64,000 nt of DNA from an uncultured Candidatus Saccharibacteria bacterium (GCA_964643545.1 CAZXTE010000001.1:19101-83100), one strand, 5' to 3'; shown: positions 1 through 11,443, counted from the stretch's first letter. Notes: a model not told the origin generated them from the sequence alone. A program made the numbers and translations.

Positions 1-1
1 G

Positions 2-145
2 GACAACTACGAAAAATACTGTTTTGTAAATTTAGCAGACACCGACATAAACGCTCAATGGCCAATCGCTCTTGATGAAGCCATCGTTAATGATCGAGAC
101 CGTAACCACCCCTTCCTTAAAGATATAAAGCCCTTGGAGATCTAA
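2..145 (+). CDS. rfbC: dTDP-4-dehydrorhamnose 3,5-epimerase, C-terminal fragment truncated by the window edge
   Basis: The frame translates to DNYEKYCFVNLADTDINAQWPIALDEAIVNDRDRNHPFLKDIKPLEI*, which is the conserved RmlC C-terminus. It lies immediately upstream of rfbD and rfbA. Confidence 0.55.
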   Translation, partial: DNYEKYCFVNLADTDINAQWPIALDEAIVNDRDRNHPFLKDIKPLEI

Positions 146-146
146 C

Positions 147-1010
147 ATGATTATTGATGACTCAAAGGTATTCATTGTCGGTGCAAATGGACAACTCGGT
201 CGCGCCTTAAAAGCTCAATATCCAAATGCGCAGTCTGCCGATATAGATGAGCTTGATATTACAGATGCCGATAGCGTAAAAAAATACGACTGGTCAAAGA
301 TAGACATCATCCTCAATGCAGCTGCCTACACAAATGTAGACGGCGCAGAAACAGCAGAGGGTCGAATAGCCGCCTGGAATGTAAACGCAGCTGCCGTTAA
401 GAACCTTGCGTACGCAGTGTGGGAGCATCAGCTAAAGGCGATTGTTCACATTTCTACTGACTACGTCTTCGACGGAAGTAAAGATAACCATAAAGAGACT
501 GAGTTGTTTAGCCCATTGTCTGTATACGGTAGTAGCAAAGCGGCTGGCGACCTGCTCATTTCTCAAGTAGACAAGCACTATATCTTGCGCACTTCGTGGG
601 TCATTGGTGAGGGTAACAATTTTGTTCGTACCATGCTTGGCCTTGGGGAAAAGGGTGTTAACCCAACGGTTGTCGCAGATCAAATTGGTCGACTAACCTT
701 TACCTCCGAGCTCGTTCGAGCGATCGATCACTTACTCACAGCAGGTGCTCCGTTTGGAACATATAACGTCAGTAACGGCGGTGAACCAGCCAGTTGGGCG
801 AACATAACGAGAGAAATATTTAAAGTAGCGGGCTACAGCTTGCAAGTTACAGACACAACTACTGCCGAATACTACGCAGGAAAAGAAGGCATCGCGCCCA
901 GACCACTGAAGAGTACCCTGGACCTTGAAAAAATCCAGGCAACCGGTTTTGTGTCGCTTGATTGGCAGAAGGAACTTACAAAATATATTGCAAAGGAGCA
1001 GCAGCAATGA
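147..1010 (+). CDS. rfbD: dTDP-4-dehydrorhamnose reductase
   Basis: The N-terminal Rossmann motif VGANGQLG and the STDYVFDG motif fit the RmlD family. Its stop overlaps the rfbA start (ATGA). Confidence 0.9.
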   Translation: MIIDDSKVFIVGANGQLGRALKAQYPNAQSADIDELDITDADSVKKYDWSKIDIILNAAAYTNVDGAETAEGRIAAWNVNAAAVKNLAYAVWEHQLKAIVHISTDYVFDGSKDNHKETELFSPLSVYGSSKAAGDLLISQVDKHYILRTSWVIGEGNNFVRTMLGLGEKGVNPTVVADQIGRLTFTSELVRAIDHLLTAGAPFGTYNVSNGGEPASWANITREIFKVAGYSLQVTDTTTAEYYAGKEGIAPRPLKSTLDLEKIQATGFVSLDWQKELTKYIAKEQQQ

Positions 1011-1870
1011 AAGGCATAGTACTAGCCGGCGGGTCGGGCACACGACTCTACCCAATCACCCAGGGAGTCAGCAAGCAGCTCATACCCATCTTCGACAAAC
1101 CAATGATCTACTACCCGCTCACTACCCTCATCAATGCAGGAATCCGAGAGATACTCATTATTTCAACGCCCCAGGACCTGCCAAGATTTGAACAACTGCT
1201 TGGAGACGGCTCACGTATCGGGTGTAGCTTTACATATAAAGTACAGGAGACGCCACGTGGGCTTGCGGATGCATACATCGTCGGTGCTGATTTTATAGGG
1301 ACTGATGACGTAGCCATGGTGCTTGGAGACAACATATTCTTCGGTAGCGATTTCGACAAAAAGGTTAAGTCGGCGACCAAAGACCTAGATGGTGGAGTTA
1401 TTTTTGGCCAACAAGTTGCCGATCCCGAACGTTATGGAATCGTAGAATTCGACAAAGAAAACAAGGTTGTTTCGATAGAAGAGAAGCCAACGGAACCCAA
1501 GTCAAACTATGCCATCCCAGGATTATACTTTTTCGATAATGACGTTGTTGAGATTGCCAAGCACGTACAACCCAGCAATCGGGGTGAAATAGAGATTACA
1601 GAAATTCATAACGCTTACCTAAAACAAGGTAAATTAAAAGTAAACTTGTTGGACCGTGGTACTGCCTGGCTCGATACAGGAACATTCAAAAGCCTGAACC
1701 AGGCATCACAGTTTGTGCAGGTCATAGAAGAACGCCAAGGCATTAAGATCGGTTGCATAGAAGAGGCAGCCTACCAGCAAGGCTTCATAGACCGTACCCA
1801 GCTTGAAGAACTCGGCAATGAGCTCCTCAAGAGTGGATATGGCAAATACTTATTAGCGTGTCTTGTATAG
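1007..1870 (+). CDS. rfbA: glucose-1-phosphate thymidylyltransferase
   Basis: MKGIVLAGGSGTRLYPIT... is the canonical RmlA N-terminus. The ORF track shows an upstream in-frame extension from 962, but the conserved start is the ATG at 1007 overlapping the rfbD stop. Confidence 0.9.
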   Translation: MKGIVLAGGSGTRLYPITQGVSKQLIPIFDKPMIYYPLTTLINAGIREILIISTPQDLPRFEQLLGDGSRIGCSFTYKVQETPRGLADAYIVGADFIGTDDVAMVLGDNIFFGSDFDKKVKSATKDLDGGVIFGQQVADPERYGIVEFDKENKVVSIEEKPTEPKSNYAIPGLYFFDNDVVEIAKHVQPSNRGEIEITEIHNAYLKQGKLKVNLLDRGTAWLDTGTFKSLNQASQFVQVIEERQGIKIGCIEEAAYQQGFIDRTQLEELGNELLKSGYGKYLLACLV

Positions 1871-2300
1871 CATGGTTAAACTTAAAAACCTGATAACCTT
1901 TCTATACAATCATCATCTTATACGTTATTTATTTGTTGGAGGCACAACCTTCTTCATAGACTTCGGGCTTTTAGTTTTGCTACACGGCAAACTCAATATT
2001 GGTTTAGCAATTGCCGCTTCTACTTCTTACTGGGTATCAATTCTGTACAATTTTAATCTCAACCGAAACTGGACTTTTAGTGCGGCCGAAAGCAAAAAAC
2101 TCCACCAACATATTCTTCCCTACTCTATTCTCTTGTGTTTCAATTATCTCTTCACTGTACTTTTTCTGAGTTTGATTACGAGAGTCATTCATTATCAAGT
2201 GGCTAAAGTTATTGCAGTCGTCGTCCAAGTTGCCTGGACATATCCTATCTATAAATATGTCATATTCGGAACTTCGTCCGACAAAACTAACCCAGCTTAA
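1863..2300 (+). CDS. GtrA-family small polytopic membrane protein (polyprenol-P-sugar flippase-like)
   Basis: 145 aa with four hydrophobic segments and the motifs FVGGTTFFIDFGLL and YNFNLNRNWTF, which are typical of the GtrA family. Confidence 0.75.
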   Translation: MYSMVKLKNLITFLYNHHLIRYLFVGGTTFFIDFGLLVLLHGKLNIGLAIAASTSYWVSILYNFNLNRNWTFSAAESKKLHQHILPYSILLCFNYLFTVLFLSLITRVIHYQVAKVIAVVVQVAWTYPIYKYVIFGTSSDKTNPA

Positions 2301-3243
2301 GAGAATTCCGAAAGTACTCTATGGTTTTATCTAAGCCTTCATCTAGCTCAATGGTCGGCTCCCAATGAAGCCTTCTTTTAGCTAATTCTATAACGGGTTT
2401 TCTCTGAAGTGGGTCGTCACCTGGAAGGGGCATATACACCATTTTTGAGTCACTACCCACCTTTTTTAGAACTTTTTCCGCTAGCTCTAACATAGTGAAC
2501 TCGGCTGGATTGCCAAGATTTATTGGTGTCACTTCTTCAGACTCAATCAACTTTACGATCCCAGCAACAAGATCATCAACGTAGCAGAAGCTTCGAGTTT
2601 GAGTGCCATCACCATAGACAGTAATAGGCTCTCCTCTTAGGGACTGCACGATAAAGTTTGATACTACTCTCCCGTCGTTTGCATCCATACGTGGGCCATA
2701 CGTATTAAAGAATCTGGCAATGCACGCTGATACCTCTGGGTGCTTTTTGGTATAAGAGTATATGAGGGCTTCGGCATACCGCTTAGACTCGTCGTACATG
2801 GCACGTGGGCCATAACAGTTAACGCTGCCTTTATAGGTCTCCGGTTGTGGGTGTACCTCAGGATCACCATAAACTTCGCTTGTACTTGCATGGAAGAAAC
2901 GTGCCTTATTTTTTTTCGCCAGATCTAGCAGCCTGAGCGTACCTTCAGACCCAACCCTTAGTGTTTCGATGGCAAGTCTTTGGTAATGTGGTGGGCTTGC
3001 GGGTGAAGCCATATTAAGAATAATGTCGTAAGATCTGTCGGTGACACTGTCTGGCAATTCTGACACAATGTCTGCCTCGATAAACGTAAATTGCTTGTTA
3101 TCTATAAGGTGCGTTACATTTTTCTTAGTACCCGTTGAAAGGTTATCCAAGCAGATTACGGAGTCTCCCTTGCCAATAAAGTAGTCGCAAAGATGTGATC
3201 CAAGAAACCCAGCACCACCCGCGATTAAAACCGACCTAGACAT
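2287..3243 (-). CDS. UDP-glucuronate decarboxylase (UDP-xylose synthase-like short-chain dehydrogenase/reductase)
   Basis: GGAGFLGSHLCD Rossmann motif, a YxxxK catalytic motif (YDESKRYAE) and strong resemblance to the UXS/ArnA-decarboxylase family. The start is taken at MSRSVLIAGG (3243), whereas the track extends to 3288 into ugd. Confidence 0.8.
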   Translation of the reverse strand: MSRSVLIAGGAGFLGSHLCDYFIGKGDSVICLDNLSTGTKKNVTHLIDNKQFTFIEADIVSELPDSVTDRSYDIILNMASPASPPHYQRLAIETLRVGSEGTLRLLDLAKKNKARFFHASTSEVYGDPEVHPQPETYKGSVNCYGPRAMYDESKRYAEALIYSYTKKHPEVSACIARFFNTYGPRMDANDGRVVSNFIVQSLRGEPITVYGDGTQTRSFCYVDDLVAGIVKLIESEEVTPINLGNPAEFTMLELAEKVLKKVGSDSKMVYMPLPGDDPLQRKPVIELAKRRLHWEPTIELDEGLDKTIEYFRNSLKLG

Positions 3244-4561
3244 ATGGGTCCACCAACCGCCTACCAATACTTTGGTAGTAAATTCCATGTTCTTCCATCG
3301 TTACTAAATCATATAGGTTCCTGCCATCAAAAACGACGGGGGCTTTAAGAAGCTCTTTGATCCTATTAAAGTCAGGGCTAAAAAACTCTTTCCAGTTAGT
3401 TGCAATGATCAGTGCATCAGCCCCATCAAGCACTTCGTACTCATCCTCGCCATAGCTAAGCCTTGGGTTGTCTGCCATCGCCTTCTTTACGTTTCCCATT
3501 GCTTGTGGGTCAAAAGCAACGACATTAGCACCCTGGCTCGTCAGTGATTCAATTATGGCAAGTGCTGGTGACTCACGTATATCGTCCGTATTGTCCTTAA
3601 AAGCAAGACCCCACAATGCAAATGTCTTACCCTCAACATTGCCCTCAAAATACTCCATAACTTTTTCTGGAACAACTAGTTTCTGGCGATCATTTGCCCC
3701 CATAACAGCCTCTAGGATACTAAAATCAAAACCACAATCTTCTGCTGTCTTGCTTAATGCCAAGACATCCTTTGGGAAACAGCTGCCACCGTAGCCTGGG
3801 CCTGCGTAAAGAAATTGATCACCTATCCGACTATCGGTACCCATCCCTGCCCGCACCATATCGACATCTGCACCAAGCAATGAACACATACCAGCAATCT
3901 GATTTATAAAACTAATCTTTGTTGCCAAGAAAGCATTCGATGCATACTTAATCATTTCTGCAGATGCTTCATCGGTTACGATAAGACTTTCTGGCTTCCT
4001 TCTGACAAATGGAGCATAAAGTTCTTTCATGACCCTGATCGCTCTGTCAGATTTACTACCTATAACCACTCTTTCAGGTGCAAGAAAGTCTGCAACTGCC
4101 TGCCCTTCTCTCAAGAACTCTGGGTTAGAGACTACATCAAAGTCGACTTTGGCGTTAACGGCAATTGCTTGCCTAACCTTTTCCGCAGTTCCCACAGGCA
4201 CTGTACTCTTGTCTACAATTACCGAGTAGCCCGCAAGCTTCTGCCCGATGTTGTCTGCAACGCCTAGAATATACGACAAGTCTGCGGAGCCATCTTCATC
4301 AGAAGGTGTTGGAAGTGCTAAGAAGATTGCTGCAGCGCCAAGAGCCTCTTCCAGATCGGTTGTAAAAGTTAAACGGCCTTCTTTGACGTTACGCTGAAAT
4401 ATATCGCCCAATCCTGGCTCAAAAATTGGCACTTCTCCAGCCTGCATTCTATGGACTTTTTCTCTATCAATATCTACACAGGTGACTTCGTTGCCCATCT
4501 CAGCGAAACAGGTACCCGTCACCAAACCAACGTATCCGGTTCCTACAACAGCAACTTTCAT
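3236..4561 (-). CDS. ugd: UDP-glucose 6-dehydrogenase
   Basis: MKVAVVGTGYVGLVTG NAD-binding N-terminus, a catalytic GGSCFPKD cysteine motif, and full UDPGDH length (441 aa). Confidence 0.9.
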   Translation of the reverse strand: MKVAVVGTGYVGLVTGTCFAEMGNEVTCVDIDREKVHRMQAGEVPIFEPGLGDIFQRNVKEGRLTFTTDLEEALGAAAIFLALPTPSDEDGSADLSYILGVADNIGQKLAGYSVIVDKSTVPVGTAEKVRQAIAVNAKVDFDVVSNPEFLREGQAVADFLAPERVVIGSKSDRAIRVMKELYAPFVRRKPESLIVTDEASAEMIKYASNAFLATKISFINQIAGMCSLLGADVDMVRAGMGTDSRIGDQFLYAGPGYGGSCFPKDVLALSKTAEDCGFDFSILEAVMGANDRQKLVVPEKVMEYFEGNVEGKTFALWGLAFKDNTDDIRESPALAIIESLTSQGANVVAFDPQAMGNVKKAMADNPRLSYGEDEYEVLDGADALIIATNWKEFFSPDFNRIKELLKAPVVFDGRNLYDLVTMEEHGIYYQSIGRRLVDPYV

Positions 4562-4712
4562 ATGTTACCAACATTTATACCAAAGATAGTGGCGGTTATA
4601 AAGATGTAAACGATGAATGTTTGAATTCTACAACAACGCCATAGCACTAGTTACAATTCTGTTTTGTGGGGCACATTATGTTAGGATAAATGTACAATTA
4701 AACTTATCCGCG

Positions 4713-5441
4713 ATGGCTAAAACAGTAAAACTTTCAATAATTATTCCTTGTTTCAACGAAAAGGAGACAATCTTAACAATACTTCAAGAGATTGAGGACG
4801 TTCATCTAGGCTCTACTAAAAAAGAGATCATCATTATCGATGATGCCTCAACTGATGGTACACGAGAAATATTAACTCGTGTAGCTAGCAAAAACAAAAA
4901 CATAAAACTTCATTTTCAAAGTGTCAACCAAGGAAAAGGGGCTGCTTTGAAAAAAGGACTCCTATCTAGCACTGGGGATGTTGTGATCATCCAAGATGCA
5001 GATCTCGAATATGACCCCCAGGAATATGTACGCTTGCTCTACCCCATAGAGAGAGGCCACGCCGACGTAGTATACGGCTCACGATTTATTGGGGGTGAAC
5101 CACACAGAATTATTTATTTCCGTAATCAAGTTGCCAATAAGTTCTTAACCTGGCTATCGAATATTTTTACGGGTCTAAATCTAACGGACATGGAGACTTG
5201 TTACAAAATGATAGATGGTGAACTTGCGCGTATGCTCGCAAAAGACTTGAAGTCACAAAGATTCGGGTTTGAACCTGAAATTACTGCTCGCATTGCTAAA
5301 AATGGAGCTCGCGTCTATGAGATCGGCATCAGTTACTATGGGCGCAGTAAAGAGGAGGGCAAGAAGATTGGTTTTCGTGATGGCTTTAAAGCTATCTGGG
5401 AGATTGTTTATTTTAACCTGAGCGTACGCAAAAAACGATAA
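4713..5441 (+). CDS. GT2 polyprenol-phosphate sugar transferase (GtrB/ArnC/DPM1-like)
   Basis: [33 protein letters not shown] and a C-terminal membrane-anchor region. The start is placed at the ATG at 4713 ([12 protein letters not shown]). Confidence 0.8.
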   Translation: MAKTVKLSIIIPCFNEKETILTILQEIEDVHLGSTKKEIIIIDDASTDGTREILTRVASKNKNIKLHFQSVNQGKGAALKKGLLSSTGDVVIIQDADLEYDPQEYVRLLYPIERGHADVVYGSRFIGGEPHRIIYFRNQVANKFLTWLSNIFTGLNLTDMETCYKMIDGELARMLAKDLKSQRFGFEPEITARIAKNGARVYEIGISYYGRSKEEGKKIGFRDGFKAIWEIVYFNLSVRKKR

Positions 5442-7675
5442 ATATACTTTTTCCCCAAGGCCTGTGCTTCTCCAAGATTAAGATAGCCGCCAATCGTTAA
5501 CAATAGACCGGCGGCAAAAAGCCCATAACTTATATTCACATACGGTGGGCTGTACGAAAAATAGGTCTTTGACTTTCCCGCTGGCACAGCGACTGCCTGA
5601 AAGATATCTTTCTCTGTTTGGATGGGCCTACTAATATCGTTTACTTTTACTCGCCAACCCGGAAAAGAAAGCTCGCGTCTTATTATGGTCGTCTCTTTTG
5701 GGCAGTCTGCTTCTACAACATCCCTAGATGTATATGTTAATTTGCAATTTGCAATGCTTTCAAAATAGCCTTTCGAGTTTGGTAGTTCAAAAATCTCAAC
5801 AGTTTCGTCGCGGTGAACAAGTTTTAGCCCAAAACTATTACTAAACTTTTCACTAACCTGACCCCGATCTGTGACTAGATATTTAACGCTCAGATTCTCA
5901 AACTCTTTGATATTCCTTCCAAACTCTTCCAAAGCACTTGGCCCCAATGGATCAACACGTGAATAGCCCGTAAAGACTAGCGCGTTAGCGTTTCGATCTA
6001 ATTTATCTGGTATATATTCTGCCCAGTTCTTGGGTACAGGTAAGTTATTCACGTTGATTGACGCTATCTCATAATATGAACCGTAGTTCGGCGCAATTGG
6101 GTGAAGTGTATAGAATCGACTAACCCCTATGTTTTTTTGCAAAAAACTAACGGGCTTCGTGTTTACTTCTGGGATATTTGGCAACGACAGAAATGGGATC
6201 ATAAACAGTACAGCCGAATCAATCAATAATATGAAACCTATCGATTTACTACGCCATTCTTTTTTCAAGAAACAGGCAACAGCAATGCCCACAATCGTCA
6301 TTCCCCACACCACCGACAATACAGCCCAGGAATGATGAGACGAATAATCACCTAGCTGCCGAACTAGATTTCGCGCATAAAGTGCCAAGGAAGCCAAAAA
6401 AAATACAGCAAAGCCAGTTGCTCCGATTATTCTTTTCTTAGTAATCTCTGCTTTTTTGATTGCCTCTAGCCCAAACATGGCTAGAATAATTAAAGCCAGG
6501 CTTAGTGCAGGTATAGAATATCTGTAAAAAGCTATTAACTTCATTCCGGGCAGGACATTAACCATATACTCAACTGGCTTAAATCCGTATATTTTCAAAA
6601 TTATAACCAGCGAGAATGTAGAAAGGTAAAGTTTGTGAGCCAATCGTCTTCTGGAAAATAAACCAAGGAGTGCGGATGTAATAAGAGGCATGGAGATATA
6701 CCCCCCCACATTTGACCAAAATAGAAATATAGCAAGTGCCTTCCCTGTGTCAGAAAAACCAAAAATTGGGCCATAAATATACGGCATAAATAGAGCCGGC
6801 AACGTCTTTATATTGAGTGATACATGGGCATACCCACTGTCCGAGTGGCCACCAGTAGTTGCGTGAGGCAAATACCCCAGGAATGGAACAAGAATAGGAG
6901 CTGACAATAGCAAGCCCAGAATACTAGCAAATAACAGTTTGTAGATAAAAGGCTTCCAGGCACTCCTCTTTATTTGAATCATACGAACAACACCCCAGCC
7001 ATATGCAAATAGTGCGTTAATGTAAGCTGTTTCTGGGAAACCGGAGTACAACGAAAGACTCAGCGCTAACGCAATAACCAGCCATCCACCCCGTCGTTTT
7101 TTCTCAGCTCGGATAAGTGCTACTTCGATGCCCAGTAGCAGCATAGGTAAAAAAGCTATTGGATTAAAAGCAGCATTGGTTAGCCAGGCAAATGCCCCAT
7201 TCAATGCAAAAAGAATTCCACCAATTATAGCTATACTCGAGCTGAGTTTTATTTTTCTCAGTAATAGATAAGTAGTAAACCCAGCAATAAGTTGCAAAAA
7301 AAAGTGCATAATTATGAATCCATTTCCAAAGTACAGCAATAGTACAAGGGGGAAGAACGCTGCTGACTGCATACCCCCAGCCAGTGGTGAACCAATGCCC
7401 TCATAATGGTTCCAGTAGGGTACATCCCCCTGCAGCCAACTCTGGGCCGCCCTGCGGCCAAGCGCTTGAGAAGTAAAACCGTCGTTTGGGTCAATAGTGC
7501 TCTGGCCCCCAACAGGTCCGGGGGTAATACTTGTTGCCAACCCTGAGCGTTGTAGAATGGGGTTCCTGCTTTTGCCCATTATCAGTGGGGTCAAGTTTAT
7601 TAGAAGGATAGCAAGGAATACTACCAAGAATGGCTTTGTGTGTTCTGATTGAAATAATCGCTTAATTCTTGTCAT
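5408..7675 (-). CDS. large polytopic GT-C-like membrane glycosyltransferase (GtrC/YfhO/ArnT-like candidate)
   Basis: 756 aa with at least 12 predicted TM segments in the N-terminal two thirds and a C-terminal soluble domain. It is convergent with the GtrB-like gene and overlaps its 3' end. The start is placed at MTRIKRLF (7675). Confidence 0.55.
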   Translation of the reverse strand: MTRIKRLFQSEHTKPFLVVFLAILLINLTPLIMGKSRNPILQRSGLATSITPGPVGGQSTIDPNDGFTSQALGRRAAQSWLQGDVPYWNHYEGIGSPLAGGMQSAAFFPLVLLLYFGNGFIIMHFFLQLIAGFTTYLLLRKIKLSSSIAIIGGILFALNGAFAWLTNAAFNPIAFLPMLLLGIEVALIRAEKKRRGGWLVIALALSLSLYSGFPETAYINALFAYGWGVVRMIQIKRSAWKPFIYKLLFASILGLLLSAPILVPFLGYLPHATTGGHSDSGYAHVSLNIKTLPALFMPYIYGPIFGFSDTGKALAIFLFWSNVGGYISMPLITSALLGLFSRRRLAHKLYLSTFSLVIILKIYGFKPVEYMVNVLPGMKLIAFYRYSIPALSLALIILAMFGLEAIKKAEITKKRIIGATGFAVFFLASLALYARNLVRQLGDYSSHHSWAVLSVVWGMTIVGIAVACFLKKEWRSKSIGFILLIDSAVLFMIPFLSLPNIPEVNTKPVSFLQKNIGVSRFYTLHPIAPNYGSYYEIASINVNNLPVPKNWAEYIPDKLDRNANALVFTGYSRVDPLGPSALEEFGRNIKEFENLSVKYLVTDRGQVSEKFSNSFGLKLVHRDETVEIFELPNSKGYFESIANCKLTYTSRDVVEADCPKETTIIRRELSFPGWRVKVNDISRPIQTEKDIFQAVAVPAGKSKTYFSYSPPYVNISYGLFAAGLLLTIGGYLNLGEAQALGKKYIYRFLRTLRLK

Positions 7676-7820
7676 ATTTTCCCCAATATTATGCCACAGG
7701 TACGTCAACATACATTCATTATGAGTCACTTTTGTGCAACGGTGTCGGTATTCGGATATGAAGCTAGTTACGCTATAATGGTCTATGTTATAAAAATGGA
7801 ATGGAGAGGTTTTTTATAAG

Positions 7821-8867
7821 ATGAAGGTTTTAATAACCGGTTCTGCTGGTCTGATTGGCTCAGAAGCTGCAAAATTCTTTGCTGAAAAGGGTTTTGAGGT
7901 TGTGGGCATTGACAACAATATGCGTAGTTACTTCTTTGGTGAGGAAGCAAGTACCGAGTGGAATCGAAAGAAAATTGAAACGCAGCTCAATAAAGCCTAC
8001 ACGCACTATAACGTCGATATCCGTGATAACGATGCGGTGGGCAAGATTTTTAAGAAACATAAATTTGATCTAATTATTCATACCGCCGCTCAACCCTCTC
8101 ACGACTGGGCAGCACGCGAGCCGTTTACTGATTTTACGGTTAACGCTAACGGCACACTTGTAATGTTAGAGAACATGCGGCAATTCTGTCCTGAAGCAGT
8201 GTTTATTTTTACCTCTACCAATAAAGTATACGGGGACACACCCAACAACCTTCCTTTGATCGAACTAGATAAGCGCTGGGAACTCCCCGAAGATCACAAG
8301 TTTTACAAGGGCATAGACGAAACAATGAGTATTGACGATTGTAAGCACTCAATTTTTGGTGCATCTAAAGTTGCGGCTGACATCATGGTTCAGGAGTATG
8401 GGAAATACTTTGGCTTCAAGACTGCAGTCTTCCGTGGTGGCTGCCTAACCGGACCATCCCATTCTGGCGCAGAGCTGCATGGCTTTTTAGCTTATCTAAT
8501 TAAGTGTATTGCGAGTGGCAAAAAGTACACGATCTTCGGCTACAAAGGCAAGCAAGTACGTGACAATATTCACTCTCACGATCTCGTAAATGCCTTTTAC
8601 CATGTGTATAAAAAACCTCGTTCTGGCGAAGTCTACAATATGGGCGGTAGTCGTAACTCCAACATATCCATGCTAGAAGCCATCGAAAAAATAGAGAAGT
8701 TATTGGGGAAAAAGGCAAACTACGAACTTTCAGACGAAAATCGTATCGGTGATCATATCTGGTATATATCAGACGTCTCTAAATTCCAAAAACACTACCC
8801 GAACTGGAAGTTCGAATACGATACAGATGCCATCCTAAAAGAGATGTGCGCAGCGGTGCGAGTCTAA
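7821..8867 (+). CDS. NAD-dependent sugar epimerase/dehydratase (CDP-paratose-2-epimerase-like)
   Basis: [10 protein letters not shown] Rossmann motif, STNKVYGD and YxxxK (FGASKVAAD) motifs. Confidence 0.7.
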   Translation: MKVLITGSAGLIGSEAAKFFAEKGFEVVGIDNNMRSYFFGEEASTEWNRKKIETQLNKAYTHYNVDIRDNDAVGKIFKKHKFDLIIHTAAQPSHDWAAREPFTDFTVNANGTLVMLENMRQFCPEAVFIFTSTNKVYGDTPNNLPLIELDKRWELPEDHKFYKGIDETMSIDDCKHSIFGASKVAADIMVQEYGKYFGFKTAVFRGGCLTGPSHSGAELHGFLAYLIKCIASGKKYTIFGYKGKQVRDNIHSHDLVNAFYHVYKKPRSGEVYNMGGSRNSNISMLEAIEKIEKLLGKKANYELSDENRIGDHIWYISDVSKFQKHYPNWKFEYDTDAILKEMCAAVRV

Positions 8868-9934
8868 TGCATTATAAAAACATACTCATTACAGGTGGCG
8901 CTGGGTTTGTAGGCTCTAATTTAGCGCTAAAATTAAAAAGCGACTACCCCGAAGTGCATATTATTGTACTCGACAACTTAAAGCGTCGCGGTTCAGAACT
9001 ATCATTGGCGCGCTTAAAAAGCGCTGGCATCGATTTCGTTCATGGCGACATCCGTAACCGAGAAGATTTAGTGGTTGATAGTATTGATCTACTAATCGAA
9101 TGCTCTGCCGAACCGTCTGTTATGGCCGGGATCGATTCTTCGCCAGACTATTTAATGAACACTAACTTGGTTGGAACGCTCAATTGTTTAGAATTAGCAC
9201 GCCACCATAACGCAGCTAGTTTATTCCTATCTACCAGCCGCGTGTACCCCATAAGCCATATTAATAACCTGCAGTTCAAAGAGTCGAGCACACGATTCGA
9301 AATTCTCGATTCTCAAAAAATTCTTGGCGCTTCATCAAAGGGCATTGCTGAAAATTTTCCGCTCGACAGACCACGCTCTCTCTATGGAACAACAAAACTG
9401 GCTTCTGAGATGGTCGTGGCAGAATATATCGATACGTACGGCATGAAAGCAATTGTTAATCGCTGTGGTGTCATTACTGGTCCGTGGCAAATGGGCAAGA
9501 TCGACCAAGGTGTCTTCGTCCTGTGGGTTGCTAAACACTACTTCAAGCAATCGCTGTCCTATATAGGCTATGGTGGTGAAGGAAAACAGGTCCGTGACTT
9601 TATCCATATTGATGATTTGTATACGGCCATAGACCACCAACTCGCGCACTTCGATGATTACAATGCTGGAGTCTTTAATATTGGTGGTGGTGCAGCCAAT
9701 AGCGTGTCTCTCAAGGAGCTGACTACCTTGTGTCAGGAAATTACAGGAAATACGATCAATATTGCTTCCATCAAAGAAGACCGCCCAGCTGATCTGCGGT
9801 TCTTCATTACAGACAGCACGAAATTTCTGGAGAAATCAGGTTTATCGTGGAACAAAGATGCGCGTCAAACGGTTACTGATATTTACAAATGGATTCGCGA
9901 TAATGAAGCGGCCCTAAGACCAATCTTGGCCTAG
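8867..9934 (+). CDS. NAD-dependent sugar epimerase/dehydratase, paralog of the preceding gene
   Basis: ITGGAGFVGSNL Rossmann motif and a YGTTKLASE catalytic motif. The start is the ATG at 8867 (MHYKNIL), overlapping the upstream stop (TAATG). Confidence 0.7.
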   Translation: MHYKNILITGGAGFVGSNLALKLKSDYPEVHIIVLDNLKRRGSELSLARLKSAGIDFVHGDIRNREDLVVDSIDLLIECSAEPSVMAGIDSSPDYLMNTNLVGTLNCLELARHHNAASLFLSTSRVYPISHINNLQFKESSTRFEILDSQKILGASSKGIAENFPLDRPRSLYGTTKLASEMVVAEYIDTYGMKAIVNRCGVITGPWQMGKIDQGVFVLWVAKHYFKQSLSYIGYGGEGKQVRDFIHIDDLYTAIDHQLAHFDDYNAGVFNIGGGAANSVSLKELTTLCQEITGNTINIASIKEDRPADLRFFITDSTKFLEKSGLSWNKDARQTVTDIYKWIRDNEAALRPILA

Positions 9935-9937
9935 CGC

Positions 9938-10681
9938 ATGAAGTTATCGATTGTCATACCGGCACACAACGAAGAGGGCTCTATTGCAACCACCGTCAAC
10001 GCTTTTCATACGGAACTTACCAAGGCAAAAATCCCGCACGAAATACTTGTGGTTAACGACAACAGCAAAGATAAAACTGAAAAAATATTAAAAAACATCT
10101 GCAAAAAAATACCCGAGGTGCGCTACGTAAACAACGTTCCGCCCAATGGTTTTGGGTTTGCTGTGCGAAAAGGGCTGGAATCATACACCGGTGACTGCGT
10201 GGCGCTGGTCATGGCTGACATGTCCGACCGCCCTATGGATCTCGTTGCTTATTATCGAAAAATGATCGAGGGCAACTACGACGCCGTTTTTGGCTCCCGT
10301 TTTATAAAAGGTGGCAAGACTATTAACTACCCACGTACAAAGCTCCTTATGAATCGCTTGACCAACAATATAATAAAGATCCTGTTCGGCATTCGCTTCA
10401 ATGATGTCACCAATGCCTTTAAGCTCTACAAGAGAGAAACCATAGAAGGCGTAAAGCCATTCCTAAGTCATCACTTTAACCTAACGGTAGAACTCCCCCT
10501 CAAAGCGATTGTTCGTGGATACTCGTACGGTGTGGTGCCTAATTATTGGACCAACCGCACAACCGGCGAGGCAAAGCTTAAACTGAAGGAGATGGGAAGT
10601 CGATATTTCTATATAATTCTATATTGCTTGATAGAGAAGTGGTTATCACGTGGTGATTATAAAAAACCTAACTCACCATAG
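9938..10681 (+). CDS. GT2 polyprenol-phosphate glycosyltransferase (DPM1/GtrB-like), second copy
   Basis: LSIVIPAHNEEGSI, LVVNDNSKDKT and DxD-like MADMSD motifs, with a C-terminal hydrophobic tail. Confidence 0.75.
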   Translation: MKLSIVIPAHNEEGSIATTVNAFHTELTKAKIPHEILVVNDNSKDKTEKILKNICKKIPEVRYVNNVPPNGFGFAVRKGLESYTGDCVALVMADMSDRPMDLVAYYRKMIEGNYDAVFGSRFIKGGKTINYPRTKLLMNRLTNNIIKILFGIRFNDVTNAFKLYKRETIEGVKPFLSHHFNLTVELPLKAIVRGYSYGVVPNYWTNRTTGEAKLKLKEMGSRYFYIILYCLIEKWLSRGDYKKPNSP

Positions 10682-10777
10682 TTTCTGAGTTTATCAACAA
10701 TTCGTTGTATTTCCTTCTATATGCCAGAACGCTTTTTTAAGCTACTATACCTATTAAGATAATTATGGAGATGTTGC

Positions 10778-11443
10778 TTGATGAAAGATTACGTACTTTC
10801 CATTTACGCTGATCGCTTTGATAAGGACGAGCAAAAACGTAAGGTAATGTGGCAGGTTCTCTGCAATGACTACTTTCAAAAGTTCATTGGCAAGAAAGAT
10901 GTCGTTCTTGACCTTGCTGCAGGATACTGTGAGTTTATTAATAATATAAAGTGCGGGAAGAAAATTGCTGTCGACCTAAATATGAAAACCAAGCAGAAGG
11001 CTGCAAAAAATGTAACAGTATACCGAGCGCTCAGTACCGCCCTGCCTAAAAAACTAACCGGTTCGGTGGATGTAGTATTTACCAGTAACTTCTTCGAGCA
11101 TTTAGATAGCAAAAATGAACTAATTGATACTCTAAAAGAGATACACCGAGTACTGAAACCAGGTGGTAAACTTATGGTTTTACAGCCCAATATTCGACTC
11201 GTCGGTAATCAGTATTGGGACTACGTTGACCACACATTGCCATTAACTGAAAAGAGTCTTGAAGAAGCTTTTCACTTAACTGATTTTGAACAATGGTTTC
11301 GTAAAGTAAGGTTTTTGCCATTTACAGCAAACTCACGTATGCCGGCGTATCCATTTCTAATTCGTCTGTATCTTCGACTTCCATTGGCTCAGTTTATTAT
11401 GGGTAAACAAACTTTTGTTATAGCTAAAAAAGTTAAGGCTTAG
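10778..11443 (+). CDS. class I SAM-dependent methyltransferase
   Basis: VLDLAAGYCEF (motif I) and VLKPGGKLMV (post-II motif). Confidence 0.7.
   Translation: MMKDYVLSIYADRFDKDEQKRKVMWQVLCNDYFQKFIGKKDVVLDLAAGYCEFINNIKCGKKIAVDLNMKTKQKAAKNVTVYRALSTALPKKLTGSVDVVFTSNFFEHLDSKNELIDTLKEIHRVLKPGGKLMVLQPNIRLVGNQYWDYVDHTLPLTEKSLEEAFHLTDFEQWFRKVRFLPFTANSRMPAYPFLIRLYLRLPLAQFIMGKQTFVIAKKVKA

Noticed and set aside
432-1191. ORFs 432..683(-), 732..1055(-) and 925..1191(+) inside or overlapping rfbD/rfbA
   Set aside because: They lie antisense to or out of frame with strongly conserved rfbD and rfbA coding sequence. They have no recognizable motifs and are frame-shadow artefacts.
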